DNA from: Lama glama
Taxonomy: Eukaryota
NCBI GenBank assembly: GCA_028534125.1
Contig: CM052816.1
Coordinates: 23,872,001 to 23,936,000 of the forward strand
Length of the DNA stretch: 64,000 bases
Direction: 5' to 3'
Every line of letters begins with the position of its first letter. Positions within the stretch are counted from its first letter, which is position 1. Shown here in pieces: positions 49,853 through 63,140 of the stretch. The notes beneath the pieces are model-generated. The model was not told the DNA's origin. It worked only from the letters and a program-made list of their open reading frames with translations, and did no database searches. The position numbers and the translations under genes were made by a program.

Positions 49853-50931
49853 GTAAGCACACAGCTCCTGCTTCTGCTGAAGGCTGAGTCAGTGACGCAC
49901 GCATATATGTGATAGTAAAGTAAAAGCAAAAATGCACTAAAAGCAGACATGCTCAGTTCTGAAAATATCCAGGAGCTCATATGGCTTGGTTTCTCAAGCA
50001 GCCCTGTTTGGGCTTCAAACACTTAATTTCGGAGATATCTGTTGAATAGGAGCCTGGATTCTGAAAACAAGCCCCATTGCTGAAGAGTTAAAGTTTATAG
50101 CACTCGTCCATTTAAACTCATTTTCTTAAACCATGCTGTTTAATTATTCTTTTATTCATAAAACAAGTATTTATTGAACAACTCCTGTTTATCACTGTGC
50201 TAGATTTGGAAGGTATCATATTTTGCTTTAAAAATTTATGATAATTTAAAGTCCATATAAGTTCAGTAAGTATCTCTTTTAGTTCAACTGTGGAAAATAT
50301 GCAAAAAATGGATTGGATGGGCAAACTTTATATAAAAGCAACTTAGTGTTGAAGTTTTCCTTATGCATTCTTTTCCTCAAACATTATTGAAATATTTAGG
50401 CAGAAAATAGGACTAGTCTTTACACGAAAAAATTTCTCCAAGCACAGATTCTTTTGAAAGAAACATTGAAAGATAATAGAGACGAGCAAAAAAAAAAATT
50501 TGCCTTAAAATTGTTGCCCTCTCAGGTTCTTTTATGACCTGGAAAGTGGTTACTTATAACAGTTATAGATGGTAACAGTTGAACCAATTAGACAAATAAG
50601 AAACAATGATTACGTATTTTTACCAAATACAGTATTACTTAGGGTATATGTATTAAAATGTTTCTTTTAATGTGATAATCAAATGAAATTAAGGAGGGAT
50701 GTGGTGAAAAGTGACATATGGGGCCTTTCTCAGAAATAATAATGATAAAGAATGCCTAGATTCACTTCTTGCAGAAGCTGGCATTATCAAATAAATATAA
50801 TTGAAACTAAAATGTCTGGTTGTGACTAATATAAAATATACCTGTCAGTGAAAGTAGTACTATGTAAAGTGTTATTTTTGAAGGCATTTGAGAATTTTTA
50901 AGAGCACATTTACTTTGTTTATATTTTAAAG

Positions 50932-51000
50932 CTGACTTTAAAACCATATGTGGAAATATTCCTGGATTCACCTTTGACATTCACACTGGAAAAGCTGTTG
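50932..51000 (+). CDS. FBN2: FBN2 exon ~42, TB5 C-part ([23 protein letters not shown])
   Basis: taaag| ... |gtgagt; 69 nt. Confidence 0.93.
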
Positions 51001-51302
51001 GTGAGTTTTTCTAGATTATGTTTATTTTAATACATACAATGTAGCATTTTATAAAAATCTGTTAACTGTTATTTAAATTTAAAGCACCGTAAAATATAAT
51101 AATCTGGATTTTGTTCCAACATAGTTAGACAAGAAAGAAATAACGTGTTTACGGACTCTGACCAAGTGTCAATAATGATGAGTCTGGTAATAAGAGTTGT
51201 GACAGCTGAGTTACTCTCTCAAGACTTCATACGTATCAAGGTGAAAGTTTAGTTTTCCTCATCATGGATATTGTATTACATGCCTCTAAATAGTCCACTT
51301 TA

Positions 51303-51372
51303 TTTTAACTTTTAATTGCTGTTTTCATAAGTATATGTTTTAACTTTTAATTGCTGTTTTCATAAGTATACG
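51303..51372. repeat. Tandem duplication, 2 x 35 bp, one mismatch
   Basis: ttttaacttttaattgctgttttcataagtata(t/c)g twice. Confidence 0.9.
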
Positions 51373-51925
51373 TTAAAAGTTTTTGGTGTATTTTTACGGT
51401 ACTTCTTTATACCAGTCTACTTATGAATTTGCAGAATTATTAATTGTATAGATCACTTCCTTCTAGATGTACTTTCTATTGCTCATTTTACTTTTCTTCC
51501 TCAAAGATTAAATGAGCAATACAATTTTAGCATCTGTTATCAATACATATGTAACAAACGATATAAAAATAAGAAAACATAGCATTCTTTATCAGAAGAG
51601 TAACAGTAGTTAGAGGAGCCTGACAAGTAACTTAAGAAAGGAGGCTCGATTCCCTAGGAAGTTTATTTGCTGTACTGACACTAAAATCACTTGGTGTATT
51701 TAGTCAGCTACTTCATTATTTTCATCACTGTTCAAAGGAAGTAATCTATTTTGTGGTCCATATGCTTTCATAAACCACAAAATCATTCATTACTGGTATA
51801 GAATTGATTTTTGTGACCCTGAATGTGTGTTTTCATTCCAGTCTACACATAATATTATTTAAGGTCTTATGTGTAAATACATTAAGCACAACCCCATATA
51901 TTTGATCAAATCCGTTCAATTTCAG

Positions 51926-52051
51926 ACATTGATGAATGTAAAGAGATTCCAGGCATTTGTGCGAACGGTGTGTGCATTAACCAGATTGGCAGTTTCCGCT
52001 GTGAATGCCCTACGGGATTCAGTTACAATGACCTGCTCCTTGTCTGTGAAG
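51926..52051 (+). CDS. FBN2: FBN2 exon ~43, cbEGF25 ([15 protein letters not shown]...LLVCE)
   Basis: ttcag| ... |gtaatc; 126 nt. Confidence 0.96.
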
Positions 52052-52232
52052 GTAATCTGAGTGACATATGACTTTATCCACAAAAATCTGGTGGACATAA
52101 CCGGTGTTTAGACAATTTTCTGATTTTTACTATTTCCTCTACAGTGTTTAGGAGCTGGTCACCAAATTGGTCAAGTGAATGTAACACTGATGCACTAATG
52201 AAATTTTAAAAGTGAAACTGTTGCTCTTTCAG

Positions 52233-52358
52233 ATATCGATGAGTGCAGCAACGGCGACAACCTCTGCCAGCGGAACGCGGACTGCATCAACAGCCCTGGC
52301 AGCTACCGCTGTGAGTGCGCCGCAGGCTTCAAGCTGGCGCCCAGCGGAGCCTGTGTGG
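52233..52358 (+). CDS. FBN2: FBN2 exon ~44, cbEGF26 ([18 protein letters not shown]...SGACV)
   Basis: ttcag| ... |gtaaga; 126 nt. Confidence 0.96.
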
Positions 52359-52845
52359 GTAAGAAAGAGAGGGGCTCCTTCTTGGGCATCGAGCACGACA
52401 TTCCTCACGCTTACTTCCTACACTAAAAAAATTGTTTATGCTTTCCTATCAAAAAAAAAAAACCTTTTCCCAGATAATTTTGAAAAGATTTTCCAAGTAA
52501 ATCTATTCATTCATATTGAACCTATTTCACCGTGTCTTTCAGATTCTTTTGTTAGGAAGAGAAGAGGTCTCTCAGTGGATTTTCCTAGAATTGGACCTAA
52601 AATAAAATCACATCCTCGAGATACCAATCAGCATTTAAAAACTGCTTGATTTAAAATTTGTTTAACCAAGAGGCTTGGGTACTTTAAAGCCTTGCTTATT
52701 TCAATTCAGCTGTTGTTATGCTTCATTTTCAGCCTGTCTGTGATAATTAATAGCAGGTTATAGAAACAACGCCTGTGGGGGAAAAAATGAAGGAATCTTA
52801 ATGAAATTCAGATACGTGTAACATGTATTTCATTTTTTGTGTTAG

Positions 52846-52971
52846 ATCGCAACGAATGTTTAGAAATTCCTAATGTTTGCAGTCACGGCCTGTGTGTTGA
52901 TTTACAAGGAAGTTACCAGTGCATCTGCCACAACGGCTTTAAGGCTTCTCAGGACCAGACGATGTGCATGG
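52846..52971 (+). CDS. FBN2: FBN2 exon ~45, cbEGF27 ([15 protein letters not shown]...QTMCM)
   Basis: gttag| ... |gtaaga; 126 nt. Confidence 0.96.
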
Positions 52972-54819
52972 GTAAGAAGGAGGAGGACATTAGTTCCAGG
53001 GGGTGACGTAGAGCCCAGACTCCAGAAGAGATTATAGTTGGGTCACTTGCCACGAGTCACTAACTACCATGACTCTATGAGAAACAGCCTTGCAAAAAGA
53101 GAGCTATGTGAAACTGTGTATGGTTTTATTCAATGTAAAATTTGCAAGTGAGACACACCACAGTACATTCTTGGGGTTCAGTGTTTATAGCCTTTTTCCC
53201 CTGGTGACTTTCACATGCTTAACCTGCGCTCTGAGACACTCGGGGTTATGTGGAAATCACCACAGTACCAGCTGTCTTTTTACCCCTATCTGTTCCCACT
53301 CAAGAAAGCCTTTAGGAATGCAAGAATGCAGGGGAGTGGTAAGAGTAACAGTACTGTAACATACAAACATACCTACTACCCTTCATTCTCCCAAATCATT
53401 GAATACATGAGATTTATCTGCTTCTTTTGCATTTTAACTCTTGAAAACAATTTTTAGAAACAAAGGTAGCAAACCTCTTTTAAAAGCCCCAGCAGCTAAA
53501 GTAATGGTTAGTTAAACAATAATAGTGTTCAGTAAGTACTTGCTGAGCTGATGATGAAGAAAATTATTAAGATAAAAGCAGATGGGCTGGACACCTTGGG
53601 ACTCAGCTTAACACCTCAAATCTGATGTCAGCAACTGATTCGTCTCTGCTGAAAGAGTTCTCTGTGCTTTGTCCTTGAAGGAGGAAAATTAAATTTAAAA
53701 CTTGGCTGTTTATAATTAGTATGTTTTCAGTTTAGAAACAGCTAAAATTTGTGCATCTACTCTTGGTATTCAAGATACTATCTATGTGAATACGCAAGTC
53801 AGATTTTAGTACCGCAGAGCAGCAGAACCAGTTTCCTTTATGGCATAACCATACAAGGAGGGCCCCCTGGAGATTGTCTCCATTCTTCCATTCCCTCCCA
53901 AGAGCTCCCCTATGGACTTCTCCCATGGTGGTAGGAAAAATTCTCTAGGAGATGCTTGTACAAAAGATACATGCAGGATGTGGCCCTATTTGTGCAAACT
54001 TTGTGAGAATGCTTGCTTACACATGCTTCCAGGGCTGCTCTCTCTAAGAAATGAAATGTGATTTGCTAAAAAAAAAGAAGTATGAAATTTATAATTCAAA
54101 AATGCACGTGGAGAAAATCTGTCCTTAGTCCTAACAATTCATCCATGATGAAAGTCAGCTAGACTCCTTGGTAATACCACTCTTAAACAAAGCTTCTTTC
54201 CGAAGGAACAATAACACCCTTTATTTTTTTTTTCATGGTGGAAAAGTTTCAGCAGCCTGGAGTTCACAGTGTAGGGAGTGTGCCCTCTCATATGACAATG
54301 ACCTTTCTAAATATTAATTCCATTTTCTTGAAGGCTAAGAATACTGAGCTTTAATGGATTTCTTCAATTTGGATTCCACTAATTCATATAATTTAGGAAA
54401 TTAAAATTTACCTTTGTGCTAGTCAAATTAAGGTATGTAAATTTCTGGGGAGAATTTATAATGCTTAGTAGAACAAATTGTCTTAGTGTTTCAAAAGATT
54501 GGTTTCCTTATAATTGACAAGCGAACCTATTCATTAAAACATCTCCACTAAGGGACGCAGATGCTTGCGTGTTAGCCTAGTTCTTTCCTGAGTACTACAT
54601 ATGCTCGTAAGTCATTATATGACACTTCTTCTTATGATTTTATAGTTCAGAGTTTTCTCTACTTTGTACTTACTTTCCTTAAATAAATATGGGTTCCTAG
54701 TACTGAATGAGGGGGAAAATATCTAAGTAAGCCGGTAGTTTAAAAAATCTGAATGTTTAATAGTCTGTGTTATTCTAGCCAAAATTTGAATTCCTCTCTG
54801 AGCCAGTGTTTCTTTGTAG

Positions 54820-54936
54820 ATGTTGATGAGTGTGAGCGGCATCCATGTGGAAATGGAACTTGTAAAAACACCGTTGGATCCTATAACTGTCTCTGCTACC
54901 CAGGCTTTGAGCTCACTCACAATAATGATTGCCTGG
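54820..54936 (+). CDS. FBN2: FBN2 exon ~46, cbEGF28 ([13 protein letters not shown]...NNDCL)
   Basis: tgtag| ... |gtgagt; 117 nt. Confidence 0.96.
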
Positions 54937-56368
54937 GTGAGTACTCAGTCCTTTATTGCTTCTGATTTCTACACAATATACTGAAATAAAAAATAAAAGA
55001 ATAAATAAATATTTTTCTTGTTCAAATGGTGAATGTGTGCCCAAATATATGTAATGTCATTGACCAATTTCTAATTAACTAAAGCCATAGTATTGGCTTA
55101 AATAACCACAAGACAATCTGCTGTGTTGAATACTTATGTCAGTCTTCCTTTTCAGTTCAAGGGAAAAGGCCATGCAGATGATGGTAAATATCTTGGGACT
55201 GATTTGTGCTTTAGGGTTATTTTTACCTCTTAAATGGCATCAAAGACAGACTTATTACTATTTCAGTGTTATTACAGGTATCTCATATAATCTATTCTTG
55301 ACTTATAGTCAAACACTGACAGTCTTCAACTTAAGAACGTGTTGTGTCTTGCAACTTCATTTTCCATCAGCTTTTGAAGCCAGGGACGCCTTTCCCCACA
55401 GAAACAGTGCATGGTAACTAGGTTTCCAAATCAATTCTCAGAAACCTATTTGATCTCCATGAAAAACTGTAGATTTTCAGTGGAAAATAAAACTATCTCC
55501 TCCTTTGCCCCTAACAGACTGTGATTGAAATAAAAATTGATAGTGACTGTGTGGGTGGGGGTCCTGTAATTGGTGGAGAAGATAGGAAGAGATATGACAG
55601 CAAACACTGATAAGGTTTCTTGTTTACCATGTGCCAGGCACCATGCTGGTACTTCACAGCACAACATCTCTTAATTGATTCTATAAGGTATGTGAAAGGA
55701 TCTCAGACTTTTTACCTTTATGGAACCATCACAGCTCAAACCCACCTCCTAATTTAATTCAACAAAAATTCCTCTCAGTTTCTTTTATTTTTCAAAATTC
55801 TGCCACTGTGAAAATGTTTAGAGCTAATTGGACATTTTATTCAACTACCATTTTCTTATCTGTAGTTTCTCAGGCTCTTTATACAGGCTAGGAGAATGAA
55901 CGATACAGATTGGGCTCTCATCAAAGTACAATCTACAAACAAACCAAAACATTACTCAAATGCAATCAACCCTAAGCTTAACTAAAAACCTAACACTTAA
56001 GAACTTTTTTTTTTCAAATTCTGTGTTCTGTCAGCAAAACAAGCCAGCAATTCTAGAGTGTTTTTAATATAATTGATTTTTCTGTATTTAATATGCTCCA
56101 TTATTTGTCCTTTGAGTGCAGTCAGCTTATCTCCGGGTAGAGTCATCTGCAGACTGGACAGTCCAGTTAAATTCATTTACCTCCAGGAAAAGAACTATTT
56201 TTCACATGGAAAGAATGGAAAGCTTCATCTTAAACCTATAGGAGGGGTCTCTGTGGCCTTGTTAGTCACATGATCCTTATGATATGAGCCACTTTTCTCT
56301 GTGTTGACAAGGAACTGTAATGTAGGGTTTTTGCAAATGTATAGCAATATGTTTTTAAGTTGCAACTT

Positions 56369-56740
56369 GTGACACAAAATACGTATGATATCACTCATAT
56401 GTGGAATCTGAAAAAAGACAAATGAACTTACTTACAAAACAGAAACAGACTCACAGACATAGAAAACAAACTTACGGTTACCAGAGGGGAAAGAGGGTGG
56501 GAAGGGATAAATTGGGAGCTCAAGATTTGCAGATACTAACTACTATATATAAAATAGATAAACAACAAGTTTCTACTGTATAGCACAGGGAACTATACTC
56601 GTTATCTTGTAGTAACCTATAATGAAAAAATATGAAAATGAATATATGTATGTATGTGTATGACTATTATGCTGTACACCAGAAATTGACACAACATTGT
56701 AAACTGACTATACTTCAGTTAAAAAAAAAAACAAACAAAC
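56369..56740 (+). mobile_element. Artiodactyl-type L1 3' end with poly(A) tail, sense to FBN2
   Basis: tatgatatcactcatatgtggaatct...acaaaacagaaacagactcacagacatagaaaacaaactta...actgtatagcacagggaactata...gctgtacaccagaaatt...A11. Confidence 0.9.
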
Positions 56741-56782
56741 ATAAGAACTCTCTCTGAAAAGCTAACTCCTATTTGCTTACAG

Positions 56783-56911
56783 ACATAGATGAGTGCAGTT
56801 CCTTCTTTGGTCAGGTGTGCAGAAACGGGCGGTGTTTCAATGAAATTGGCTCCTTCAAGTGTTTATGTAATGAAGGTTATGAACTTACTCCAGATGGCAA
56901 AAACTGTATAG
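56783..56911 (+). CDS. FBN2: FBN2 exon ~47, cbEGF29 ([16 protein letters not shown]...GKNCI)
   Basis: tacag| ... |gtacgt; 129 nt. Confidence 0.96.
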
Positions 56912-57327
56912 GTACGTAAACAATGAACAGTCTTCATCTTGTTTTGTTTTATAAAATGATTGTATGGCTGCCCCTCCTCCCTGAACTTCGGGACTCATTC
57001 GCATTTCACTTGATCATCTGATTACATGGTCAAGATAAGACATCATGGGAAATTTTGGTGAAAGGTATCAGCCAGCAGTTGGGAATGACTCGTACACAGC
57101 GTTTTTACTGGGACAGAGCTTGAGGCTATCCGTGTCTCAATAAGAGTAGACGCAGGAAAATTAGCCTCTTGCCAAATGAGTAATACTCAGTACGTCAGAA
57201 GTCTCTCAGGGCATATTTGTCCGTAATGACACGGCAGATCAGAGGGCTTGAGTTAAATTTATGTTAATATCATTTGGCAGCAATTATCTCATCTTTAAGT
57301 CATTTTTTCTCTTGCTTCTCTTTAAAG

Positions 57328-57447
57328 ATACTAACGAATGTGTTGCCCTCCCTGGCTCTTGTTCTCCCGGTACCTGTCAGAATTTGGAGGGATCCTTCAG
57401 GTGCATCTGTCCCCCAGGGTATGAAGTAAAAAGCGAGAATTGTATAG
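57328..57447 (+). CDS. FBN2: FBN2 exon ~48, cbEGF30 ([15 protein letters not shown]...SENCI)
   Basis: taaag| ... |gtaagg; 120 nt. Confidence 0.96.
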
Positions 57448-60214
57448 GTAAGGCTTACGTTGATTCTGAGGCCCAGGGGCTGTTCTGTATAATAAGACCT
57501 GGGACAGACTCTACGGAAATATATTAAATTCAAACCACTGCTGATCCAAGGAATTAAGCTTATAGCTGCCTACATCTGTTTTACTGAACCACCAGAAATG
57601 ATTTGAAGGTGGAGCGGTGGGAATAAAGAATTTAAGGATGTGGGATTTTTCATTAACAGAAATCTTATCCTCGTCGAAGAATTTTCAGTGCACTCTAATC
57701 TTTTTTCCAAATGTCAACAGAGACTTTCTACTGAATTTTAAAGAGTGTCTACAAAAATTGTAATCTTTGGCAACCAATTTTAAAACAGCTATTAAAGGTG
57801 TCTGGAGTCCTAGAAATGTGAAGCAGAAAATCTTGACAATGCTATTGAGACATTTTTTTCCTTGGGAAGGCCTCATGTCAAAACAGAAAATATTAATCCA
57901 TTTGTCATAACAGATGTTTTTCTGTTGAAACTCTTCCAGCGTACAAGAGCACTGTAACCACATCAAAAGTGGGTTCCAGAATTGCCTGGTGGACAAGATG
58001 AAGGCCGACCTTTTTACCCTTACTTTATTTCACTTTAATACAAATTATTTTTTACAGTCTTGTTGAAATTCAGAAGCACCAGCATCTCAGTGTGGTTCTT
58101 CTAACGTGAAATGATCGCTGAGAGCTTTTTTGCCTTTGAGTTAATCCAGTTTAAAAAAAAAATTCTACGGAGCTCTACTATTCGCATTCATGGGACTTAC
58201 ATAGACAGAACTGAAGGAAACGGTTTACGAAGCTAAATTTAATTTATTTTTCAGACCATATAATTACATATAAAGGGGCTCCCTGGTCATTCTGATTTGG
58301 TCTTTATATCTTTTTCCCTTATTGTCTAATTTGTATAGTTCATTGTAGGATTGTCTAGTGTTCTTAACAATTAAACATGATAAATAATAATACTAGAAGC
58401 ATCTTAGTAAAAACTTTCTTGAGAAGTGTAAGATCTTTTCTTTCATTTTCTTTATGTTTCATCTCAGTTCTTCATCATCCCTATGATTCATCTTTATGGT
58501 ACAATTATAGAAGCCATGCGCCAGCCATTAGGAGGCAAATGGAAACACATGTGCCTCTGCGTTGGAAAGACTCAGCTACCTTTTCTCTTAGTGGGAAAAA
58601 AAAATCTATGATTCAGTTACTTCTTAGTAAACCTCAGAAGTATTTATTTTCTTTATCCACCGATAAGCAACACCACTATTTTGCATTTCTTAAAATTTGG
58701 TTTTTAATTAGCTTACTTCACTGTAACAGTATTTCCTCCAGACTAGAATCTCTTCTACCAATTTTCCCGGATGGAACGCTTCCCAGCGTGGCTATACACA
58801 CAGTCACACACACACACACAAATCCATTCCAGCATTCAGCAGACATTACAGTAAGCCCATAGAACCTTTTAGGCGCTGGGAGTATAAAAATGCAGTTTTT
58901 GCCTTCAGGTAGCTTACTGCCTAACAGGAAAGACGTATTTTGTAAGCAACCTCGTTTTGTAAATTTATCCTTACAATCCAATGTGACAGATACTGTACTG
59001 GGGTATGTTCAGGATGTGGGCTCACAGGAGAAGGCTGTAAATAATGATGGTAGTGGCGGAGGGTTGCACGTCAGGAAACCTGTCATAAAGGTTTGGGGAC
59101 ATTCGAGGCAGCTCTGAAATCTTGGATAGGAATTTATTAATCACAGACGGGACTGGAACAGAGGAGGCAGTTTGAAAACAGAGGCAACACAAGTGTGATA
59201 AGGGGCATTGAAGGGCCAGCTCAGAGGACCTAACTTAGTACTGCAGGCAGCGTGGAGGTTTGCAGGTTATTTTTAAAAAGGATGTGATATGTCTCACTCA
59301 TTAAAACTCTGCAAATATAAATTGAGAGCATAGTAAGTGGCAGGCACTACTGTGCTACGCTAAGCTGAGAGTGCAGCGTGATACAGACAGACAGACGTGT
59401 CGTGTCCTCGTGGAGTTTACAGTCTACTGTGCCTGGAATTGTGTGATGTATATTCATTTACTTAAAATAATCCGTTAAATAAGTACTTCCAATGAAAACG
59501 GGCCAAATATCACTGGCCAGGAGTCCTTACATATTTGAAGGAACCATTCTGGGGTGGGGTAAGAATGATAAAATTCTCAAAGTTCTCCTAGTTCCATAGG
59601 CACAGATGTTCAAATAGCTGTTATGTTTCAGAGAGACAACCTTGGGGGTAGTGTGAAGAGGAGAGAGGGAGGTGCAGCAGTCCAGTTCGGGGACTTACGG
59701 TAATCCCGGTGGCAAATGATGTTGAGTTTGAATGTGCAGAGGAGGCACATTCTTTTTCACAGGTCCCATGCTGCTTGCATATGAAGGTAGAGAGGTTAGG
59801 GAGAGGAATAAACAGGACTCCAGGTGCCCGGCGTGGACTGCTGGGAGGGGCATCAGAGAAGGGGTCGGGCTGAGGCTTGCACTGCCGGTAAGACACTGAC
59901 CTGTCAGTGTCGCGTCAGGTACGGAGGCGGACATGCAAACACCCCTAGGGGTCAAGCCCCAGGGAGCTGGAGATGGACTTGGGAGTCTGGGGCATAGGTC
60001 GGTTGAAACTGGATAAAACCTTTGATTTTTGAAGCAGTAACAGTTTATTTTTAAAGATTAGTTAAACATACACATAATGCAATCTAACATCTCGTATTCA
60101 ATTTCCAATGGCCAGTGAAGTGTTATAGTGTGGACAAATTATTTATTTTCAAATATTGAGAAGTGTACTGGTTTGACTAAATCAATAAATAAAAATGCTC
60201 CCTCTGTTCTGCAG

Positions 60215-60340
60215 ATATAAATGAATGTGATGAAGATCCCAATATCTGTCTGTTTGGTTCCTGCACCAATACTCCTGGGGGCTTCCAGTGCATCTGCCCC
60301 CCTGGTTTTGTACTGTCTGATAACGGGCGGAGATGCTTCG
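60215..60340 (+). CDS. FBN2: FBN2 exon ~49, cbEGF31 ([15 protein letters not shown]...GRRCF)
   Basis: tgcag| ... |gtaagt; 126 nt. Confidence 0.96.
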
Positions 60341-61014
60341 GTAAGTTCTGAAATGGCTTCTCTGTAATAATCCACCCTGAAACTTCAAAGCTAGACAGTA
60401 AACCATCGTGTAGTGTTTGTTACTACAAAATACATTTCTCTGGTAAATACATCATCTGTTAAGTTTAAAATGTAGCCTTCAAAAGTATATACACTGGACA
60501 GTTTTTATGGTGCTTGAGTTATTGGCTCTGTTTCTATGTTTTTTAAAAATTTCATACTAAAAGAAAAATTGCTATCTTGTTTTATCATTTTCATTTTGTT
60601 GTTGGCATAGTTTTATTTGTACTTTGGTGTATGAGTATGTATGTATGTATGGTGTATGTGATGTAACTGACTGAAAGTTACCTAGATTGTTCTTGTCAGA
60701 CTATAATGTAACAGTGGAAAAAGAGATATGGAAATCATTTTAATGTTGAGCACAATTTCTCAAATTTCCTATGTACATAATTAAAATATTTAAACATTTT
60801 AAATAATTGAATACAGTTTTATAGACTGGTCAATTCAAATTGGCGAGTGAAATCAGCAGTTGAGGATTTCCAGACCTATCTTCTAACTGCTGATCGAATC
60901 TGCTTCCCATGTTCAGTCTGTGAGAGATGTGCCAGCAGCCACTGTTATGTACAAATTATTCCATCTTTTTAAATGACCAGTAAGGAGGTGTGTGATGTTT
61001 GCTTTCTTGACTAG

Positions 61015-61167
61015 ATACTCGCCAGAGCTTCTGCTTCACAAACTTTGAAAATGGAAAATGCTCTGTACCCAAAGCTTTCAACACCACAAAGGCAAAATGC
61101 TGCTGTAGTAAGATGCCAGGGGAGGGCTGGGGAGACCCCTGTGAGCTGTGCCCCAAAGATGATGAAG
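61015..61167 (+). CDS. FBN2: FBN2 exon ~50, TB6 N-part ([16 protein letters not shown]...CPKDDE)
   Basis: actag| ... |gtaaga; 153 nt. Confidence 0.96.
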
Positions 61168-61962
61168 GTAAGAGCAGTGACATAAAATGGCATTTTACAC
61201 TGGCTTTGGACTGTGAGAACTCAGCTGGACTATGTAATTTATGGATATTTTGAGGATGAAATTATTCCTTCATTTATAGAACTTTACTGGTTCAGTGAAC
61301 AACCTGGTCTCAGGAATTTCTTTCAGCTTTTGTATTCAGCACATGTAAGTGTAGGGAGTCACCCCATTAATTTCATTTTCCTCCCTGAAGTTAGTTTCAC
61401 TGGCTTTGAAAGGAATGGATTTGAGAGGTGCAGGGCAGGAGATCCAGAAAGGGGATGAAAATTATGTTTCAGATTGCTGTGGGAGTCCCTCGTGGGTGTT
61501 GTATCAGGCACGGGCTGTGGCTCTCAGAATCTTATGTAGAATTCTGAGATGCTGAGTCAGCACAACGGTCATTTGCAGGAGGAGACCAAGAGCCCCGAGA
61601 CCTTGTTAGCGCAGCTGAATTGGAAGGTTGTTCCCAGCAGACTCGAAACTGGCTTGTCTCTAGGTCTGTGTGTAATGGGCAGAGGGCTCTCCGGCTGCCC
61701 AGCATTAAATGAGTGAGCAGATTAGAATCAGACGCCCTCAGTAGGCACCTGGCACCCTGGGAGGAGCTGGACAAGCTTAGGTGACTTTCTCTGAATATGC
61801 TCGGTGTTGCTTTTGAAATAAATTATGGAAATAAAAAGACTTGTTTGAAAGAGCTTCAGAGAGGAAAAATAAGTCTAATTTCATGTACATTGTTCATCAG
61901 TTCTTAAGTTCTCTGATAGTTGAGACATTTCGGTAATGGAGAATTTGTATTTTCCTCTGTAG

Positions 61963-62028
61963 TTGCATTCCAGGATTTGTGTCCTTATGGCCATGGAACT
62001 GTTCCCAGTCTTCATGATACCCGTGAAG
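61963..62028 (+). CDS. FBN2: FBN2 exon ~51, TB6 C-part ([22 protein letters not shown])
   Basis: tgtag| ... |gtgtgc; 66 nt. Confidence 0.93.
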
Positions 62029-62253
62029 GTGTGCTTCAATATGTTTTATTTTTATAGTCTTACATCAATATATTATTGTACAGTTGTCTTATAATCACTG
62101 TGATTTCACTGTTTAACTGTACTGCATTTGATGCACATATACAATATTTATTATTTATCATATGCACTATATCATGTCTGTTGTGGTGTATTAAATACAT
62201 TATATATTTTCTGGTAAAGTAAATGTCCTTTAAAATTTTTAAGTCCCTGTTGA

Positions 62254-62276
62254 ACACACACACACACACACACACA
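62254..62276 (+). repeat. (AC)n microsatellite, about 11 units, in intron 51
   Basis: Direct read. Confidence 0.9.
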
Positions 62277-62327
62277 AGTTTGGCATCTTTTTATATAAGG
62301 AAGTTCATGGCCAATTCTATATTTTAG

Positions 62328-62453
62328 ATGTCAATGAATGTCTTGAGAGCCCAGGCATTTGTTCAAATGGTCAGTGTATCAACACAGACGGGTCTTTTCG
62401 CTGTGAATGTCCAATGGGTTACAACCTCGATTACACTGGAGTGCGCTGTGTGG
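62328..62453 (+). CDS. FBN2: FBN2 exon ~52, cbEGF32 ([15 protein letters not shown]...GVRCV)
   Basis: tttag| ... |gtgagt; 126 nt. Confidence 0.96.
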
Positions 62454-63020
62454 GTGAGTGCTGACTCCACATTTCACACTTTTAAGGTTTATTTTATTTC
62501 TCATATTCAGCAAAAGGTCTCTCAGGCACCCTGGGTGGCAGTGGGATTCACAAAGCCAGGATAAGTAGCTGGTGATCACTCTTTCTTTCCCCATTCTACA
62601 TTTTCCAGTAGACCTGGTTTATGTGAAGATGGAGAGAGTTGCCCAACCTCTGCCTTCAACCAAATATACAAACTCTGATGTGTCTAGAGATTTACAGTTG
62701 CCAAAACCGCTAACTGGAAAAGAGATCCATTTTACTTTACAACTTTCCACTCCTGCTCTTGTAGCAGAAGACCACATCCCTCTCTGAGTTTGTGGCTTTC
62801 AGGGCAAGCACAGCTGTCTCTGGGAGCCCAGAGGACGGCACCCATCAGGGTCTTCTGGCCTGCACTAAGGCAGCCAGCCGGGGCCAAGGGGCATGCCAGA
62901 GCCACGTGTGCCCTGCACGGGCCTGAGAAGTGTGAGGCCCAGGCGTGTATCCATGGGCGTGCCCCTGTTGAACTAAAACTTCTCCAGATTTGGTGACACT
63001 TTCTTATTCTTCCATTTCAG

Positions 63021-63140
63021 ATACTGATGAATGTTCGATAGGCAATCCGTGTGGAAATGGGACGTGCACCAATGTTATCGGGAGTTTTGAATGCAACTGC
63101 AATGAAGGCTTTGAGCCGGGGCCCATGATGAACTGTGAAG
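63021..63140 (+). CDS. FBN2: FBN2 exon ~53, cbEGF33 ([14 protein letters not shown]...MMNCE), GC donor
   Basis: ttcag| ... AAG|gcaagt; 120 nt; domain ends in phase 1 exactly at the GC. Confidence 0.94.

Noticed and set aside
58377..58862. 161-aa intronic ORF
   Set aside because: No domain, AT-rich and microsatellite-derived residues, no splice or promoter support; expected by chance in 64 kb.
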